Shown here piece by piece: positions 29,396 to 39,609 of a stretch of DNA of 64,000 nt; the stretch's first letter is position 1, and every line of letters begins with the position of its first letter. The notes under the pieces were generated by a model. That model saw nothing but the letters and a program-made list of their open reading frames with translations, had not been told where the DNA came from and searched no databases. The translations under genes were made by a program, and so were the position numbers. Source of the stretch: Clostridia bacterium. Its GTDB lineage: Bacteria; Bacillota; Clostridia; UMGS1810. The stretch is taken from contig JAZSCT010000034.1 in the NCBI GenBank assembly GCA_045530725.1, positions 7,396 through 71,395 of the forward strand. The letters run 5' to 3'.

Positions 29396-29540
29396 TATGA
29401 CACAAACTACACATTAATCCTAAAAATGTATATAAACAAAGAAAATACCATAGTATGCTATGGTATTTTCTACATTATGTAATTATAATTCATCTTTTAT
29501 TATCTTGCATTTTTGCATTCCAAAGGATTTTTACATTTCT

Positions 29541-29945
29541 CTAGTTCTTTGGGTTGACAATATCTCTCCAATCAAGGTCTCCTCTTTCCATACCACGAAC
29601 GAGCACTTCGGCAGTAGCAACATTTGTGGCAAGAGGGATATTGTGCATATCACACAAACGAAGGATTGAGTTTATATCAGGTTCATGTGTCTGTGCAGTC
29701 AATGGATCTCTGAAAAATAGCACAAGGTCAATCTCGTTATAAGCAATTCGTGCACCTATCTGTTGGTCCCCGCCTTGTGGTCCTGATAAAAATCTATGTA
29801 TCTTAAGTCCTGTTGCATCTTCAACCATAGAACCGGTAGTACCGGTAGCAACAAGATTGTGCTGCTCAAGAATACCTTTATACGCTATACAAAACTGCGC
29901 CATAAGTTCCTTCTTTTTATCATGTGCAATCAATGCAATATTCAT
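29541..29945 (-). CDS. mgsA: methylglyoxal synthase
   Basis: [12 protein letters not shown]..., [22 protein letters not shown]. Confidence 0.93.
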   Translation of the reverse strand: MNIALIAHDKKKELMAQFCIAYKGILEQHNLVATGTTGSMVEDATGLKIHRFLSGPQGGDQQIGARIAYNEIDLVLFFRDPLTAQTHEPDINSILRLCDMHNIPLATNVATAEVLVRGMERGDLDWRDIVNPKN

Positions 29946-29971
29946 CTTCCTCTTCCTTTCTCAAATTACCA

Positions 29972-30718
29972 TTAACCAAACAATTTCTTTATAACACTGT
30001 TTTTATAATCTGTAACTGGTATATTGTCACCTTTGATTCTTTTTGCAATACTGTCAAAAACCTTTTGCAAAAGAAGTTCATCATCTTTCCTGACAGGATT
30101 CATTCTTTCATCAAACCCTCCTGAAAAGTCATAAACAACTCCCAGAAGAGGGATTCTCAGGATGTCAAGAATCTCATCAACACCTTTATCGTATCCTTTT
30201 TCAATCCTTGATGGATTAACACGGTTTACAATCAGGCTGCATTTGTGCTCATCGTCAAGATAAAGTAAGAGACATTTACTTCCGCGCTGTGACACAAATG
30301 AAGAATCAGTCACAAGAACAAATTCACATTCATCATCAATTTTTTTGATAATGTCAATGTATGAATTGTCACACACATCAATCAAAAGGATATCATAATT
30401 ATCTTTTGCATCCGAAATGAGTCTTCCAATACATAATTCTACATTATAGGGCTTAAAATCTAATGGTGAACAAATAATATCTGCATTTTCGTTTATATTT
30501 GCAACAGAGTCATCCAGACTGACATCTCCTGATGAATAATCAGAAATGTCGTACAAAATACTGTCAGAAACATCATACAACAAGTCAAGATAACGGTACT
30601 TATCATTGAGTTCGGCGATAAGTACTTTGTTTTCCAAGGATAATGCATCAGAAATATTCTTAATAATAAACGACTTTCCGCATCCTCCTTTGGATGACAA
30701 AAAGAATATAACCTTCAT
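29972..30718 (-). CDS. divergent MinD/ParA-family P-loop ATPase
   Basis: Deviant Walker A SSKGGCGKS, Walker B ILLIDV, and a C-terminal amphipathic SVIKKLFG that resembles the MinD membrane-targeting tail. Sits where MinD sits in mre-min clusters. Confidence 0.6.
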   Translation of the reverse strand: MKVIFFLSSKGGCGKSFIIKNISDALSLENKVLIAELNDKYRYLDLLYDVSDSILYDISDYSSGDVSLDDSVANINENADIICSPLDFKPYNVELCIGRLISDAKDNYDILLIDVCDNSYIDIIKKIDDECEFVLVTDSSFVSQRGSKCLLLYLDDEHKCSLIVNRVNPSRIEKGYDKGVDEILDILRIPLLGVVYDFSGGFDERMNPVRKDDELLLQKVFDSIAKRIKGDNIPVTDYKNSVIKKLFG

Positions 30719-30802
30719 AGAAATACCCCTTTGTACCTTATATCATAAACTATATTTCTAATTTATAATACCATAATTATGATACTTTGGCAATAGCGAT
30801 TT

Positions 30803-32854
30803 TTAATCACGTATATGTTCGATTTCTTGTTCTTCAATAGGTTCATCAAGTTTAACACCGAAATACTGAGCAAATGCTGCTTTTGCTATAGGTGCAACGC
30901 TGCTTCCGCTGCCTGCACTTTCCACAACTATTGAAATAGCAATTTCAGGTTTGTCATAAGGAGCAAATGCAACGAAGAGCCCTGTTGCATTACTGCCCAC
31001 CACCTGTGCAGAGCCTGTTTTGGCACAGACTTTTACAGGAAATGATGCAAATGTTGAACTGGCTGTACCTTTTGAAGCAACACTTCTCATACCTTCTTTG
31101 ACAGCATTTAAGTTCTCTTCTTTTATATTGAGTTTATCAAGAACTTCTGGTTTATTAATCAATGTGCTTTTTCCCGAAACGGGATCAACAACACTTTTTA
31201 CAAGATGGGCCTTGTATCTTGTGCCACCGTTTGCAATGGTAGATACATAAGATGCCAACTGTATTGGCGTAAAAAGATTATATGATTGTCCTATAGCACT
31301 CTGTACAGTATCACCCGGATACCATATTTCATCAAAATGTTTTTTCTTAAAATCAGGGGATGCAACAACTCCCGATGCTTCGCCTTCAAGTTCAATACCT
31401 GTCTTCTGTCCGAGCCCCAGCAATGTGGTATAATCCACAAGGGTATCAATCCCGAGTCTGTGCCCTACTTCATAAAAATAATAGTTGCAGGACTCACTTA
31501 TTGCCTTTGACACATCAGTAAACCCGTGTGTACCACCTGTCTGAGACCAAATCCAGCAGTTGAAGAATCTGTCAAGTAGTTTATATCTGCCTTCGTCTTT
31601 AATAAGTTCATCATAAGTAATCTTGCCCTCTTCAAGTCCCGCAATAGCCGTAAGCATTTTGAAAGTAGAACCGGGAGCATATGTGCCGCTTATAGCGCGG
31701 TTAAACATTGGTTTGACAGGGTTTTTGTATAATTCATCATAATCTTTATCGAAATTCTCAAGACTGTAGGTGGGATAATTTGCAAGAGCAAGGATTTCGC
31801 CTGTATTCACATCCATGCATACAACTGAACCTGCCTGAGGGTTGGATTCCGAATCTTTGGAATGATACAATCTGTTTATAGTGTTTTTCAACGCTTCTTC
31901 TACAGTTTTCTGCAGTTCAAGGTCAATGGTAAGGATAGCATTATCTCCTGCGATTGCAGGGATTTCTTCGGTGCTTTTTTCTACATTGCCATCTACTTTA
32001 TATTTAACACTGCTGAGTCCATCCTGACCTTTGATGTAGGATTCAAGGTATTTTTCCAGACCATCTTTTCCGATAATGGAATTAAAAGAATACCCTTTAT
32101 CCTTCATAACTTCATATTCTTCCCTATATATAAGTCCGACTCTGCCGAGAATATGAGATGCAAGTCCATCATAAATGTAACTGCGTTTTGGTTGAGTTTT
32201 GATGTAGATATTACCAAACGAGGATGTGTTTTCTTTTATTTCGCTTACCATATTAATGTTTGCATTTGCAGAAAACACAAAGGGATTTGAATAACTGAAC
32301 AGTCTCTTTTCCATTTCATAACGGATACCGATTATATCCCTTATTTCATCCTGACTGTAGTTACCAGACACGCCATATTTCTTTTTAAGTTCATTGATTT
32401 TTTGTTCAGCACTAAGGTGCTTTTTTTCATCTTCGGACAAAGAAAACTCTTTGATGAGTTCCTTTCTTTTCTCTTCTGAATAATTTTCAAAAAGATACTC
32501 ATAAGGATAATAAGAGATTTCCAATGCATCACGATATGGTTCTCCGTATTTTTTAAAAAGAGAAGTAACCGATAATATTTCCTCGTTTAACTGCTTGTCA
32601 GTTTTGTCGGAAGAATATTTGATTTCAATCTGAAAACCATTCTCATTGGTTACAATAGGTCGTCCAAGTCTGTCAAGGATATTTCCTCTTGGAGCACTGA
32701 TGACTTCGGAATAACTCATTCTGATATTCGACTGCTCATCATACTCTTTTCCTTTTACAATCTGAAGATAAAACAATCTGTATGTAATTAGAAGTACAAG
32801 AAATATAAAGACAGCAATAATGATTAAAACTTTTTTATCATTTTTATTTCTCAT
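30803..32854 (-). CDS. mrdA: penicillin-binding protein 2 (elongation transpeptidase)
   Basis: N-terminal TM segment, then SxxK (GSTFKM), SxN (SESCN) and KTG (AKTGSAQ). Overlaps mreD by 4 nt. Confidence 0.88.
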   Translation of the reverse strand: MRNKNDKKVLIIIAVFIFLVLLITYRLFYLQIVKGKEYDEQSNIRMSYSEVISAPRGNILDRLGRPIVTNENGFQIEIKYSSDKTDKQLNEEILSVTSLFKKYGEPYRDALEISYYPYEYLFENYSEEKRKELIKEFSLSEDEKKHLSAEQKINELKKKYGVSGNYSQDEIRDIIGIRYEMEKRLFSYSNPFVFSANANINMVSEIKENTSSFGNIYIKTQPKRSYIYDGLASHILGRVGLIYREEYEVMKDKGYSFNSIIGKDGLEKYLESYIKGQDGLSSVKYKVDGNVEKSTEEIPAIAGDNAILTIDLELQKTVEEALKNTINRLYHSKDSESNPQAGSVVCMDVNTGEILALANYPTYSLENFDKDYDELYKNPVKPMFNRAISGTYAPGSTFKMLTAIAGLEEGKITYDELIKDEGRYKLLDRFFNCWIWSQTGGTHGFTDVSKAISESCNYYFYEVGHRLGIDTLVDYTTLLGLGQKTGIELEGEASGVVASPDFKKKHFDEIWYPGDTVQSAIGQSYNLFTPIQLASYVSTIANGGTRYKAHLVKSVVDPVSGKSTLINKPEVLDKLNIKEENLNAVKEGMRSVASKGTASSTFASFPVKVCAKTGSAQVVGSNATGLFVAFAPYDKPEIAISIVVESAGSGSSVAPIAKAAFAQYFGVKLDEPIEEQEIEHIRD

Positions 32855-33366
32855 TTAATTCGTCTCCATATGGATTTTGATTGAAAAAATTTGTCTCCTG
32901 TCATAAAACCGCAAAATACATAAACAGCAAAAGATAAAATAGTATTATATAAACAATGAGGTAATATAACATACAAAAAGGAATAGGAAAAATCTCCCAG
33001 ACCCCACATGGTAAACTGTGTATAAAAGTACAGAGACTGATACAGAATACCAGATACAAAAACAAAAATTGCGTTTACAAGTATTGTGGGATAAAAATAT
33101 TTATCTTTAAAAACAGAAATGAGAAAAACAGTATATAGTGTAATAAGCCCGTTAATCCCGAATGTCTGCATAAGAGAGAAATCTTTACTAAGTCCCGCAA
33201 CAACACCAAAAACAAGTGCTCCGAAGCGGTTTTCTTTCAGGGCCACATATACTGAAAGTACAAACACGGGGTCAGGCAAAATACCAAAAATCCTTATACT
33301 GCTCCCAAGTACTGTCTGAAAAATATACAGGAATATTAATAGCGAATAATATTTAACCCATTTCAT
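32851..33366 (-). CDS. mreD: rod shape-determining protein MreD
   Basis: 171-aa highly hydrophobic ORF lying between mreC and PBP2. Confidence 0.75.
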   Translation of the reverse strand: MKWVKYYSLLIFLYIFQTVLGSSIRIFGILPDPVFVLSVYVALKENRFGALVFGVVAGLSKDFSLMQTFGINGLITLYTVFLISVFKDKYFYPTILVNAIFVFVSGILYQSLYFYTQFTMWGLGDFSYSFLYVILPHCLYNTILSFAVYVFCGFMTGDKFFQSKSIWRRIK

Positions 33367-33381
33367 AATATAACCTCTTCA

Positions 33382-34224
33382 CTATTCCTCTTCATTTGCT
33401 TTGTTTCCAACGATAACAAAAACTTCGCCAATTTCATCAAAATTAACAGAAGTTTTAACAATAGCAATCTGGCTCATTCCGTCAGAAGATTTGCGGATTT
33501 CCGAAACCTTGCCAATATGAATTCCCTTAGGATAAAGTCCGCCAAGACCGCTTGTAACAACATCGTCCCCTACAATTACAGCAGAAGACAAAGTAAGATA
33601 GGACATCTTTAAACTGAAAGAATTTTTAAGAGATATATCTCCGCTGCATATGCCGTTTGCACGGATTCTGTCTATCTGGGAAGATACAGATCCTGAAGGA
33701 TCAAGGATAGTCTTCGCTTTTGACCAGTTGTACCCTACTTCATATATGTAACCTACAAGGCCATCATTGGTAATAACCGCATCGTTCACTTTGACTGAGT
33801 CTGAAGACCCGCAATCAAGAGTGAATACAGAAAACCAGTTATCAGCATCTCCTGAAATAATATTTGCAGAGACCATAATCCTATCTGTGTCTTTTTGTTT
33901 GAGAGAAAGCATTGCTCTGAGTCTCTCGTTTTCACTCTTTATCTCATTTATCTCACGTGCTTCGGAGTTCAGAACTGAAATCTGCTCTTTTAGTTTTGAA
34001 TTTTCTTCATCAAGATTCCCTATATTTAATACAAAATCCACTCCGTCACCTATTGTATCAACAACTCCGCCAAGAAGTTTCTGGACCGGAGTGATGATCA
34101 CTCCGAATACATTGCCTGTAAAATCCAGTACACCTTTTGGCAAAGTGGATAAAGCCATAAGAATAACAAGAACAAATGTGGTAATAAACATAAATAAACT
34201 GGTTTTATTTTTTAAAAAATTCAT
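33382..34224 (-). CDS. mreC: rod shape-determining protein MreC
   Basis: N-terminal TM segment, a coiled coil (NSKLKEQISVLNSEAREINEIKSENERLRAML) and C-terminal beta domains (VVTSGLGGLYPKGIHIGKV). Confidence 0.88.
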   Translation of the reverse strand: MNFLKNKTSLFMFITTFVLVILMALSTLPKGVLDFTGNVFGVIITPVQKLLGGVVDTIGDGVDFVLNIGNLDEENSKLKEQISVLNSEAREINEIKSENERLRAMLSLKQKDTDRIMVSANIISGDADNWFSVFTLDCGSSDSVKVNDAVITNDGLVGYIYEVGYNWSKAKTILDPSGSVSSQIDRIRANGICSGDISLKNSFSLKMSYLTLSSAVIVGDDVVTSGLGGLYPKGIHIGKVSEIRKSSDGMSQIAIVKTSVNFDEIGEVFVIVGNKANEEE

Positions 34225-34245
34225 ATCACATCGTCAGCCTTTCAA

Positions 34246-35247
34246 TTATTTGAGACCGAAATCACGTCTTACAAAATCAAATTCATCCAAAAGTTTGCCT
34301 GTACCCAGTATAACTGCCTCTTTAGGATTTTCTGATAGAAATACTTTCATACCTGTTTTCGAACTTAAATATGTGCACATTCCGTTTATAAGGCTACCGC
34401 CACCACAAAGAACAATACCTTTGTCAAGTATATCTGCAGAAAGTTCAGGTGGAGTATTTTCAAGAGTTTCTTTAATAACATCTACAATACGTTCACAGAT
34501 AGGATGTACACACTCGCTGATTTCCTTAGCATTCACCATTACTGACTTCGGAAGTCCTGTAATAGTGTCTCTGCCTTTTACTTCCAAAGATTTATCTTCA
34601 GGATTTTCGCTTAGTGAACAAAGTTCGATTTTAATAGATTCGGCGCTTGCCTCTCCTATATATACACGATATTTCCGTTTGATATACTGCATAATCGCTC
34701 TGTCAAAGTCATTACCGCCTACTCTGAGTGAAGTGCTTGACACAATACCGTTAAGGGAAATAACAGACGCCTCGCTTGTCCCTGCACCGATATCCACAAT
34801 CATATTTGCAACAGGTTCTTCTACAGGCAATCCTATTCCGATAGCAGCAGCCATTGGTTCATCAACAATCAGCACTTCCCTTGCTCCTGCCTGAAGAATG
34901 GCTTCTTCTATTGCCTTCTTTTCTACAGGACTTGCATCATAAGGTGTACATGCGATAACCCTGGGCTTTACAACACCTTTTTTTGTAAGTGCTTTTTTTA
35001 TAAAATACGAAAGCATCTCTTCTGTTGCATCAAAATCAGATATTACACCACTTTTTAAAGGTTCAACAGATGTGATATTCTTCGGAGTTTTGCCCATCAT
35101 CTCACGGGCATTATTGCCTATGGCAATTATACCCTTAGAATCGTTGTCAACCACGACACAGGTAGGTTCTGAAAGAACAACTCCTTTAGAGCGGATATAT
35201 ATCATTGTGTTGTCTGTACCTAAATCAATTCCAATATCCTTACGCAT
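34246..35247 (-). CDS. mreB: rod shape-determining protein MreB
   Basis: Actin-fold motifs IGIDLGTDNT, VDIGAGTSE and LCGGGSLI. Confidence 0.93.
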   Translation of the reverse strand: MRKDIGIDLGTDNTMIYIRSKGVVLSEPTCVVVDNDSKGIIAIGNNAREMMGKTPKNITSVEPLKSGVISDFDATEEMLSYFIKKALTKKGVVKPRVIACTPYDASPVEKKAIEEAILQAGAREVLIVDEPMAAAIGIGLPVEEPVANMIVDIGAGTSEASVISLNGIVSSTSLRVGGNDFDRAIMQYIKRKYRVYIGEASAESIKIELCSLSENPEDKSLEVKGRDTITGLPKSVMVNAKEISECVHPICERIVDVIKETLENTPPELSADILDKGIVLCGGGSLINGMCTYLSSKTGMKVFLSENPKEAVILGTGKLLDEFDFVRRDFGLK

Positions 35248-35263
35248 ATCTAAATCTCCCTGA

Positions 35264-35860
35264 TTATTTTTTAGTTATTAAATCAAAATCAAATTTATCT
35301 TTCATAAGTTTTATGAGTTTATCAAGCGGCAATCCCACAACATTGTAATAATCCCCGTCTATTCTTTCCACAAAGGCACCTGATACTCCCTGAATTGCAT
35401 AACCGCCTGCTTTGTCATATGGTTCATCAGTCAGTATATATTCTCTAATCTGTAAATCAGAAAGCGTTTTGAAATACACCTTTGTGCACTCAAAATCCGT
35501 CTCTGCGCGACCTGTCTTTGTGTCAAAAACACAAATCCCTGAATATACCCTGTGTTCATTACCTGAAAGACTCTTTATAATGCTGAATGCTTCATCTTCA
35601 GTTTTAGGTTTTCCCAAAAATCTGCCCTCATATTCAACTATGGTATCAGAACCTATCACAAGATAGTCGCCGTGCAATTGACGTGCTGTATGAGTTGCTT
35701 TAAGCAAAGCAAGTTCTGAAACATATAGTTCAGGTGCAACACATTTAGGAACAATCGATTCATCTGCATCACTTACAACTATTTTAAACTTTACCCCTGC
35801 ATCTTCGAGAATTTCCTTTCTTCTCGGAGATTTGGATGCAAGAACAACTTTTTTCATCAA
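35264..35860 (-). CDS. maf: Maf-like nucleoside triphosphate pyrophosphatase
   Basis: LASKSPRRKEIL, IGSDTIV, YDKAGGYAIQG. Confidence 0.9.
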   Translation of the reverse strand: MMKKVVLASKSPRRKEILEDAGVKFKIVVSDADESIVPKCVAPELYVSELALLKATHTARQLHGDYLVIGSDTIVEYEGRFLGKPKTEDEAFSIIKSLSGNEHRVYSGICVFDTKTGRAETDFECTKVYFKTLSDLQIREYILTDEPYDKAGGYAIQGVSGAFVERIDGDYYNVVGLPLDKLIKLMKDKFDFDLITKK

Positions 35861-35861
35861 A

Positions 35862-36362
35862 TCAAATCCTTCTTATCCTATTTATCACTACAGATGCTAT
35901 TGCCCCTGTAAAGATGCCTGTGACAACACTTATTAAAGATAAATAAGAGAAATAATATATCATATTGAAACTTCCTGATATAACCATTGCCATAACAACC
36001 TGACAAAGGTTGTGAAAAAACGCACCTGCAACGGAAACACCTATACAGGACACCTTATCAGCACATATTGTTTTTATAATATGCATGGAAAATACGCTTA
36101 TTATTGCTGCAGGAAGGGAATACAACAAAGATGACATCCCTGAATACAGTAACCCTGTAAAGACCGTCCTTGAAACATTTACAGCCAATGCAGTCTTAAA
36201 ATCAAACAGATACAAAACAACCAGGCATACAATGTTTGATATGCCGATTTTTGATCCCGGAAGCACATTGAAATTCAAAAAATTTGCCTCAAGAATTCCA
36301 AAAACAATTCCAAGAGCAGTCATAATTGCAGAAAATGTAATGGTTTTTGCTTTATTCATCAA
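35862..36362 (-). CDS. Gx transporter family membrane protein (Hpre_diP_synt_I-like)
   Basis: 166-aa ORF with 5 TM helices. Has the family-typical pairing with a NusG_II-domain gene immediately upstream. Confidence 0.6.
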   Translation of the reverse strand: MMNKAKTITFSAIMTALGIVFGILEANFLNFNVLPGSKIGISNIVCLVVLYLFDFKTALAVNVSRTVFTGLLYSGMSSLLYSLPAAIISVFSMHIIKTICADKVSCIGVSVAGAFFHNLCQVVMAMVISGSFNMIYYFSYLSLISVVTGIFTGAIASVVINRIRRI

Positions 36363-36739
36363 TATGTAACTGCATCGGGGTTATCCCCGTCTCCTACAAT
36401 CTCAATAACAAGTCTGTGAGGCAGACAGACTAATGATTGTCCTGGTTTATAAATTGGTTTGTCCTGTATTTCGACCTTTTGTACACAGTCAGAATATGTA
36501 ACAGATACGCCATCTTTTGTGATAAGAATATGGTTTTCGCCATATTCATTATCTATTTTTATCACTTCGTCATCGGACACCATAGACAAATCAATCTTTC
36601 TTATTTCCTGTCCATTTACTTTTATAACACAGATACCCTTATCTGCATTATCTGAAAACGATGATGAAAAAATGAGACCTATTCCGCACAAAAGTGCCAA
36701 AGCAATTATTATAACATCAAAAATCTTAATTTTTTTCAT
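36359..36739 (-). CDS. NusG domain II-containing (DUF1312-like) membrane-anchored protein
   Basis: Start taken at ATG 36739 (MKKIKIFDVIIIALALL). One TM segment, then a beta-rich domain ending VCLPHRLVIEIVG. 4-nt overlap with the downstream gene. Confidence 0.55.
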   Translation of the reverse strand: MKKIKIFDVIIIALALLCGIGLIFSSSFSDNADKGICVIKVNGQEIRKIDLSMVSDDEVIKIDNEYGENHILITKDGVSVTYSDCVQKVEIQDKPIYKPGQSLVCLPHRLVIEIVGDGDNPDAVTY

Positions 36740-38843
36740 ATTCAAGAACACCTCTGTATAAATGACCTCTTGTGTATTCAAAGGTTGCTTTCTGACCTTT
36801 TGAATACATAGATATAATTTCCCTCACGGTGTTTTTATCTTCGGTGGTAAATACAAGTCTGATGGCAGAAACGCCTGTTTTCTCTATTTCATTAAGTCTG
36901 TCTCCCATATACACGGGAGCGCTGTTATAGACAGTATTCGTGCAGTTGAATTTCCTTGACATAACTGGGAATTCTTTACCCTTTCTGTCGAAAACCGAAA
37001 AGAACTTTCTGTCTTTACAGTTACATTTACCGTAATGTGTCTTAACAAGACAGTTTTCACTTGTCATAAGGGAAAGCCTACCGTATGCAATAATTTCTGT
37101 ATCAACAAGAGAATTTAAGAAGCCTATCTGCCTTAAATTCATCTCAGGAGAAAGCACAACTGATTTAAAGTTAAATTTGCCATAGTAATTACAGGACAAT
37201 GAATTGGTAATATTAAGTCCATCATCGCCATAGAGAGTCTTTCCTTCACACAATTTAAGGTGACCTATATTGGAGATAGAAACACAATCCACACCCGACA
37301 AATCTATTTTATCAGCAAACTTGTCCCTGATAATCACAGGAAGAGAAACAACAAGTCTGTCTTTGTGTAAAAGATAATATTCTCTGTCAAGGATGAATTC
37401 TTCATATTCAAGGAATATCTTCTTGATTTCATTTACTTTAAGACATTCATTGAACTGTTCCCGTGTATTTACTTTGGCTCTTATTTCAAATGTTTTTGGT
37501 TGATTCTTTGAAGTTTTATAAGAAAATTCACCCTGTGACTCATTTCTTTTTAATTTTGTAATATTATTTTCAAGTATTTCTGTACAATATCTTCTTGCAT
37601 AATTGAAATCTTTTACAGGCACAAATGCATTATCATCAAAGTCTGCTTCAAGAGATTCAAGATAAAAGAAAGTATCTCCAAGTTTACTTATGGCTGAATG
37701 TATCTTATCATAAGTCAAAGGTGCATTTTGTGCAATAGAAACCTTGTCGTCCAAAGTGATCTCTGATACATTTTCATCATCAAGCCACATTCTGAGCATC
37801 AGTGGTTCTCCTACTTTTGCTCTTAAATGTGCATACACAGGTCTTCTTCTTTTCTCTCCCATCTTTGAGCATCTGTCAAGAAGTTCCTTTGGTATATTCT
37901 TATATACATCATCATTGTTCGATGAAATATTGACCATATGTGTACCTTTGTTGTCATCAAAATATCCTTCAGTAAATCCCGAACGGGAGAAAATCTTCTC
38001 TGCATCAAGATATTGTTCTTTAGAAATACCCTTTCCCTCTTTAAGTCCTGAATACATATCAGTAACAAAGGAAACATACTGACTGTTCTTCATTCTTCCT
38101 TCTATTTTTAGAGATTTCACTCCTGCTTTTTTGAGGAGTTCATATTTATTTGCAAGACAAAGGTCCCTGAGACTGAAAAGATATGAAGGATTCTTTGAAA
38201 TATTTCCATCATAGTCTCTGAATCTGAAAGGCAGTCTGCAAGGCTGAGCGCACTCACCTCTGTTTCCGCTTCTCTGCCCTATTACACTTGACATAAGACA
38301 TTGTCCCGAATAACACACGCAAAGTGCCCCGTGAACAAACATTTCGATTTCTGCATCGGTGTTTTTGCATATATTCTCAATCTCGCCAAAAGATAATTCC
38401 CTCGATAATACAACTCTTTCAAATCCTTCATCATAAAGGATATTTACACCATCAAGAGAATGTATGGTCATTTGTGTACTTGCATGAAGTTTAAGGTCGG
38501 GAAAGTATTTCTTTGCAATTTCGGATACTGCCATATCCTGAATAATGATCGCATCGACACCAGAGTTGTATATATCCTTTAAAAATAAAAACAAATCCTC
38601 TATTTCTTCATCAAAAACAAGAGTATTTACAGTAATATATACTTTAGAGCCGGACAAGTGAGCATAGTTAATTGCTTCTTTTATTTCGTCCAAGGAAAAA
38701 TTTGTTGCGTTTTTTCTTGCACCAAAGTTTTTGCCACCAAGATAAACTGCATCTGCTCCATTATCGACGGCACGTTTAAATGTATCAAGATCTCCTGCAG
38801 GAGATAAGATTTCTATATCTTTAGAATTCATATTATTAAGCAC
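36726..38843 (-). CDS. U32 family peptidase-like protein (PrtC/RlhA/TrhP family)
   Basis: N-terminus is ..EILSPAGDLDTFKRAVDNGADAVYLGG, followed by a Cys cluster HGALCVCYSGQCLMS...CAQPCR. The start may instead be ATG 38831. Confidence 0.85.
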   Translation of the reverse strand: MLNNMNSKDIEILSPAGDLDTFKRAVDNGADAVYLGGKNFGARKNATNFSLDEIKEAINYAHLSGSKVYITVNTLVFDEEIEDLFLFLKDIYNSGVDAIIIQDMAVSEIAKKYFPDLKLHASTQMTIHSLDGVNILYDEGFERVVLSRELSFGEIENICKNTDAEIEMFVHGALCVCYSGQCLMSSVIGQRSGNRGECAQPCRLPFRFRDYDGNISKNPSYLFSLRDLCLANKYELLKKAGVKSLKIEGRMKNSQYVSFVTDMYSGLKEGKGISKEQYLDAEKIFSRSGFTEGYFDDNKGTHMVNISSNNDDVYKNIPKELLDRCSKMGEKRRRPVYAHLRAKVGEPLMLRMWLDDENVSEITLDDKVSIAQNAPLTYDKIHSAISKLGDTFFYLESLEADFDDNAFVPVKDFNYARRYCTEILENNITKLKRNESQGEFSYKTSKNQPKTFEIRAKVNTREQFNECLKVNEIKKIFLEYEEFILDREYYLLHKDRLVVSLPVIIRDKFADKIDLSGVDCVSISNIGHLKLCEGKTLYGDDGLNITNSLSCNYYGKFNFKSVVLSPEMNLRQIGFLNSLVDTEIIAYGRLSLMTSENCLVKTHYGKCNCKDRKFFSVFDRKGKEFPVMSRKFNCTNTVYNSAPVYMGDRLNEIEKTGVSAIRLVFTTEDKNTVREIISMYSKGQKATFEYTRGHLYRGVLEYEKN

Positions 38844-39183
38844 GTTCTTTGAGACTGTCGATAACCTGTCTCAAATAATCGTTTTCCTTTTCTAAAATCA
38901 TTAATTTGGTTCTTAGTTCTTCCAAAACTAGGTTGGTTTCTTTAAGTTTTGATTCGAACGCGGTTTCTACCTGCAATCTTTTGTGATATTCGTCGCTTAT
39001 GTTGACAGCAGAAAGAACTGCAAGGTTATAAGGAGAAAGTTCTTTGTTGTCAAGGGCAATCTCCTTGATTTTACAATCTACATATGCACACACTTCTTTT
39101 ATATATTCTTCTGATTCAAATCCTGAAAAAGAATACTTATTGCCATGTATTTTCACATCTACAAGTTTTTTGTCCTGAGTCAT
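38836..39183 (-). CDS. zapA: cell division protein ZapA
   Basis: The 115-aa product has VKIHGNKYSFSG...AVLSAVNISDEY followed by a C-terminal coiled coil. Confidence 0.85.
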   Translation of the reverse strand: MTQDKKLVDVKIHGNKYSFSGFESEEYIKEVCAYVDCKIKEIALDNKELSPYNLAVLSAVNISDEYHKRLQVETAFESKLKETNLVLEELRTKLMILEKENDYLRQVIDSLKERA

Positions 39184-39221
39184 ATCAACACATCTCCGTT
39201 TGTAATCAAAAATTCATCAAA

Positions 39222-39260
39222 AGCCAAATTTGACGATTTGAAAATAATCAAATCGTCAAA
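39222..39260 (-). terminator. terminator after the DUF1858 gene
   Basis: 13-bp stem TTTGACGATTTGA/TCAAATCGTCAAA (39229-39241/39248-39260), followed on the minus strand by TTTGGCTTTT. Confidence 0.7.
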
Positions 39261-39291
39261 TAAGAAATTATAAACAAATTATCTTCAAATA

Positions 39292-39495
39292 TTACTTCTC
39301 AGCAAGGTAATTGTTGATCTTGTCAACCAATTCATCTGCATCCACGCCGTGAACAGCACAAGCCTCTTCTACTGTTTCTCCTGATGCTGAAGGGCATCCG
39401 AGACAATGCATACCGATTTCAAAAAAGAAAGGTGCTGTACCCTGATCAATCTTCAATACGTCCATAATAATAGTATCTTTTGTAATCTGTGCCAT
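39292..39495 (-). CDS. DUF1858 / hybrid-cluster-associated redox disulfide protein
   Basis: MAQITKDTIIMDVL...GMHCLGCPSASGETVEEACAVHGVD. Start taken at ATG 39495, after GGAGGAA. Confidence 0.8.
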   Translation of the reverse strand: MAQITKDTIIMDVLKIDQGTAPFFFEIGMHCLGCPSASGETVEEACAVHGVDADELVDKINNYLAEK

Positions 39496-39560
39496 AATAT
39501 ATTCCTCCGTTAAATTAAAATTTATCACTTAATTTATATATTAATAAAATATACATATAT

Positions 39561-39589
39561 ATTATACGACATTTTTTAAAAGTTGTAAA
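39561..39589 (-). promoter_or_regulatory. sigma-A type promoter for the DUF1858 gene
   Basis: On the minus strand: TTTACA (39589-39584), 17-nt spacer, TATAAT (39566-39561). Confidence 0.5.
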
Positions 39590-39609
39590 GAGAATTTTGT
39601 AACTTTGAA

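Noticed and set aside
33767-34894. 375-aa plus-strand ORF, the longest unexplained ORF in the track
   Set aside because: It lies entirely antisense to mreC and mreB, and even crosses their intergenic gap. Its product is Ser/Ile/Thr/Pro-rich low complexity with no SD or promoter. This is a typical stop-free shadow frame opposite strongly codon-biased genes.
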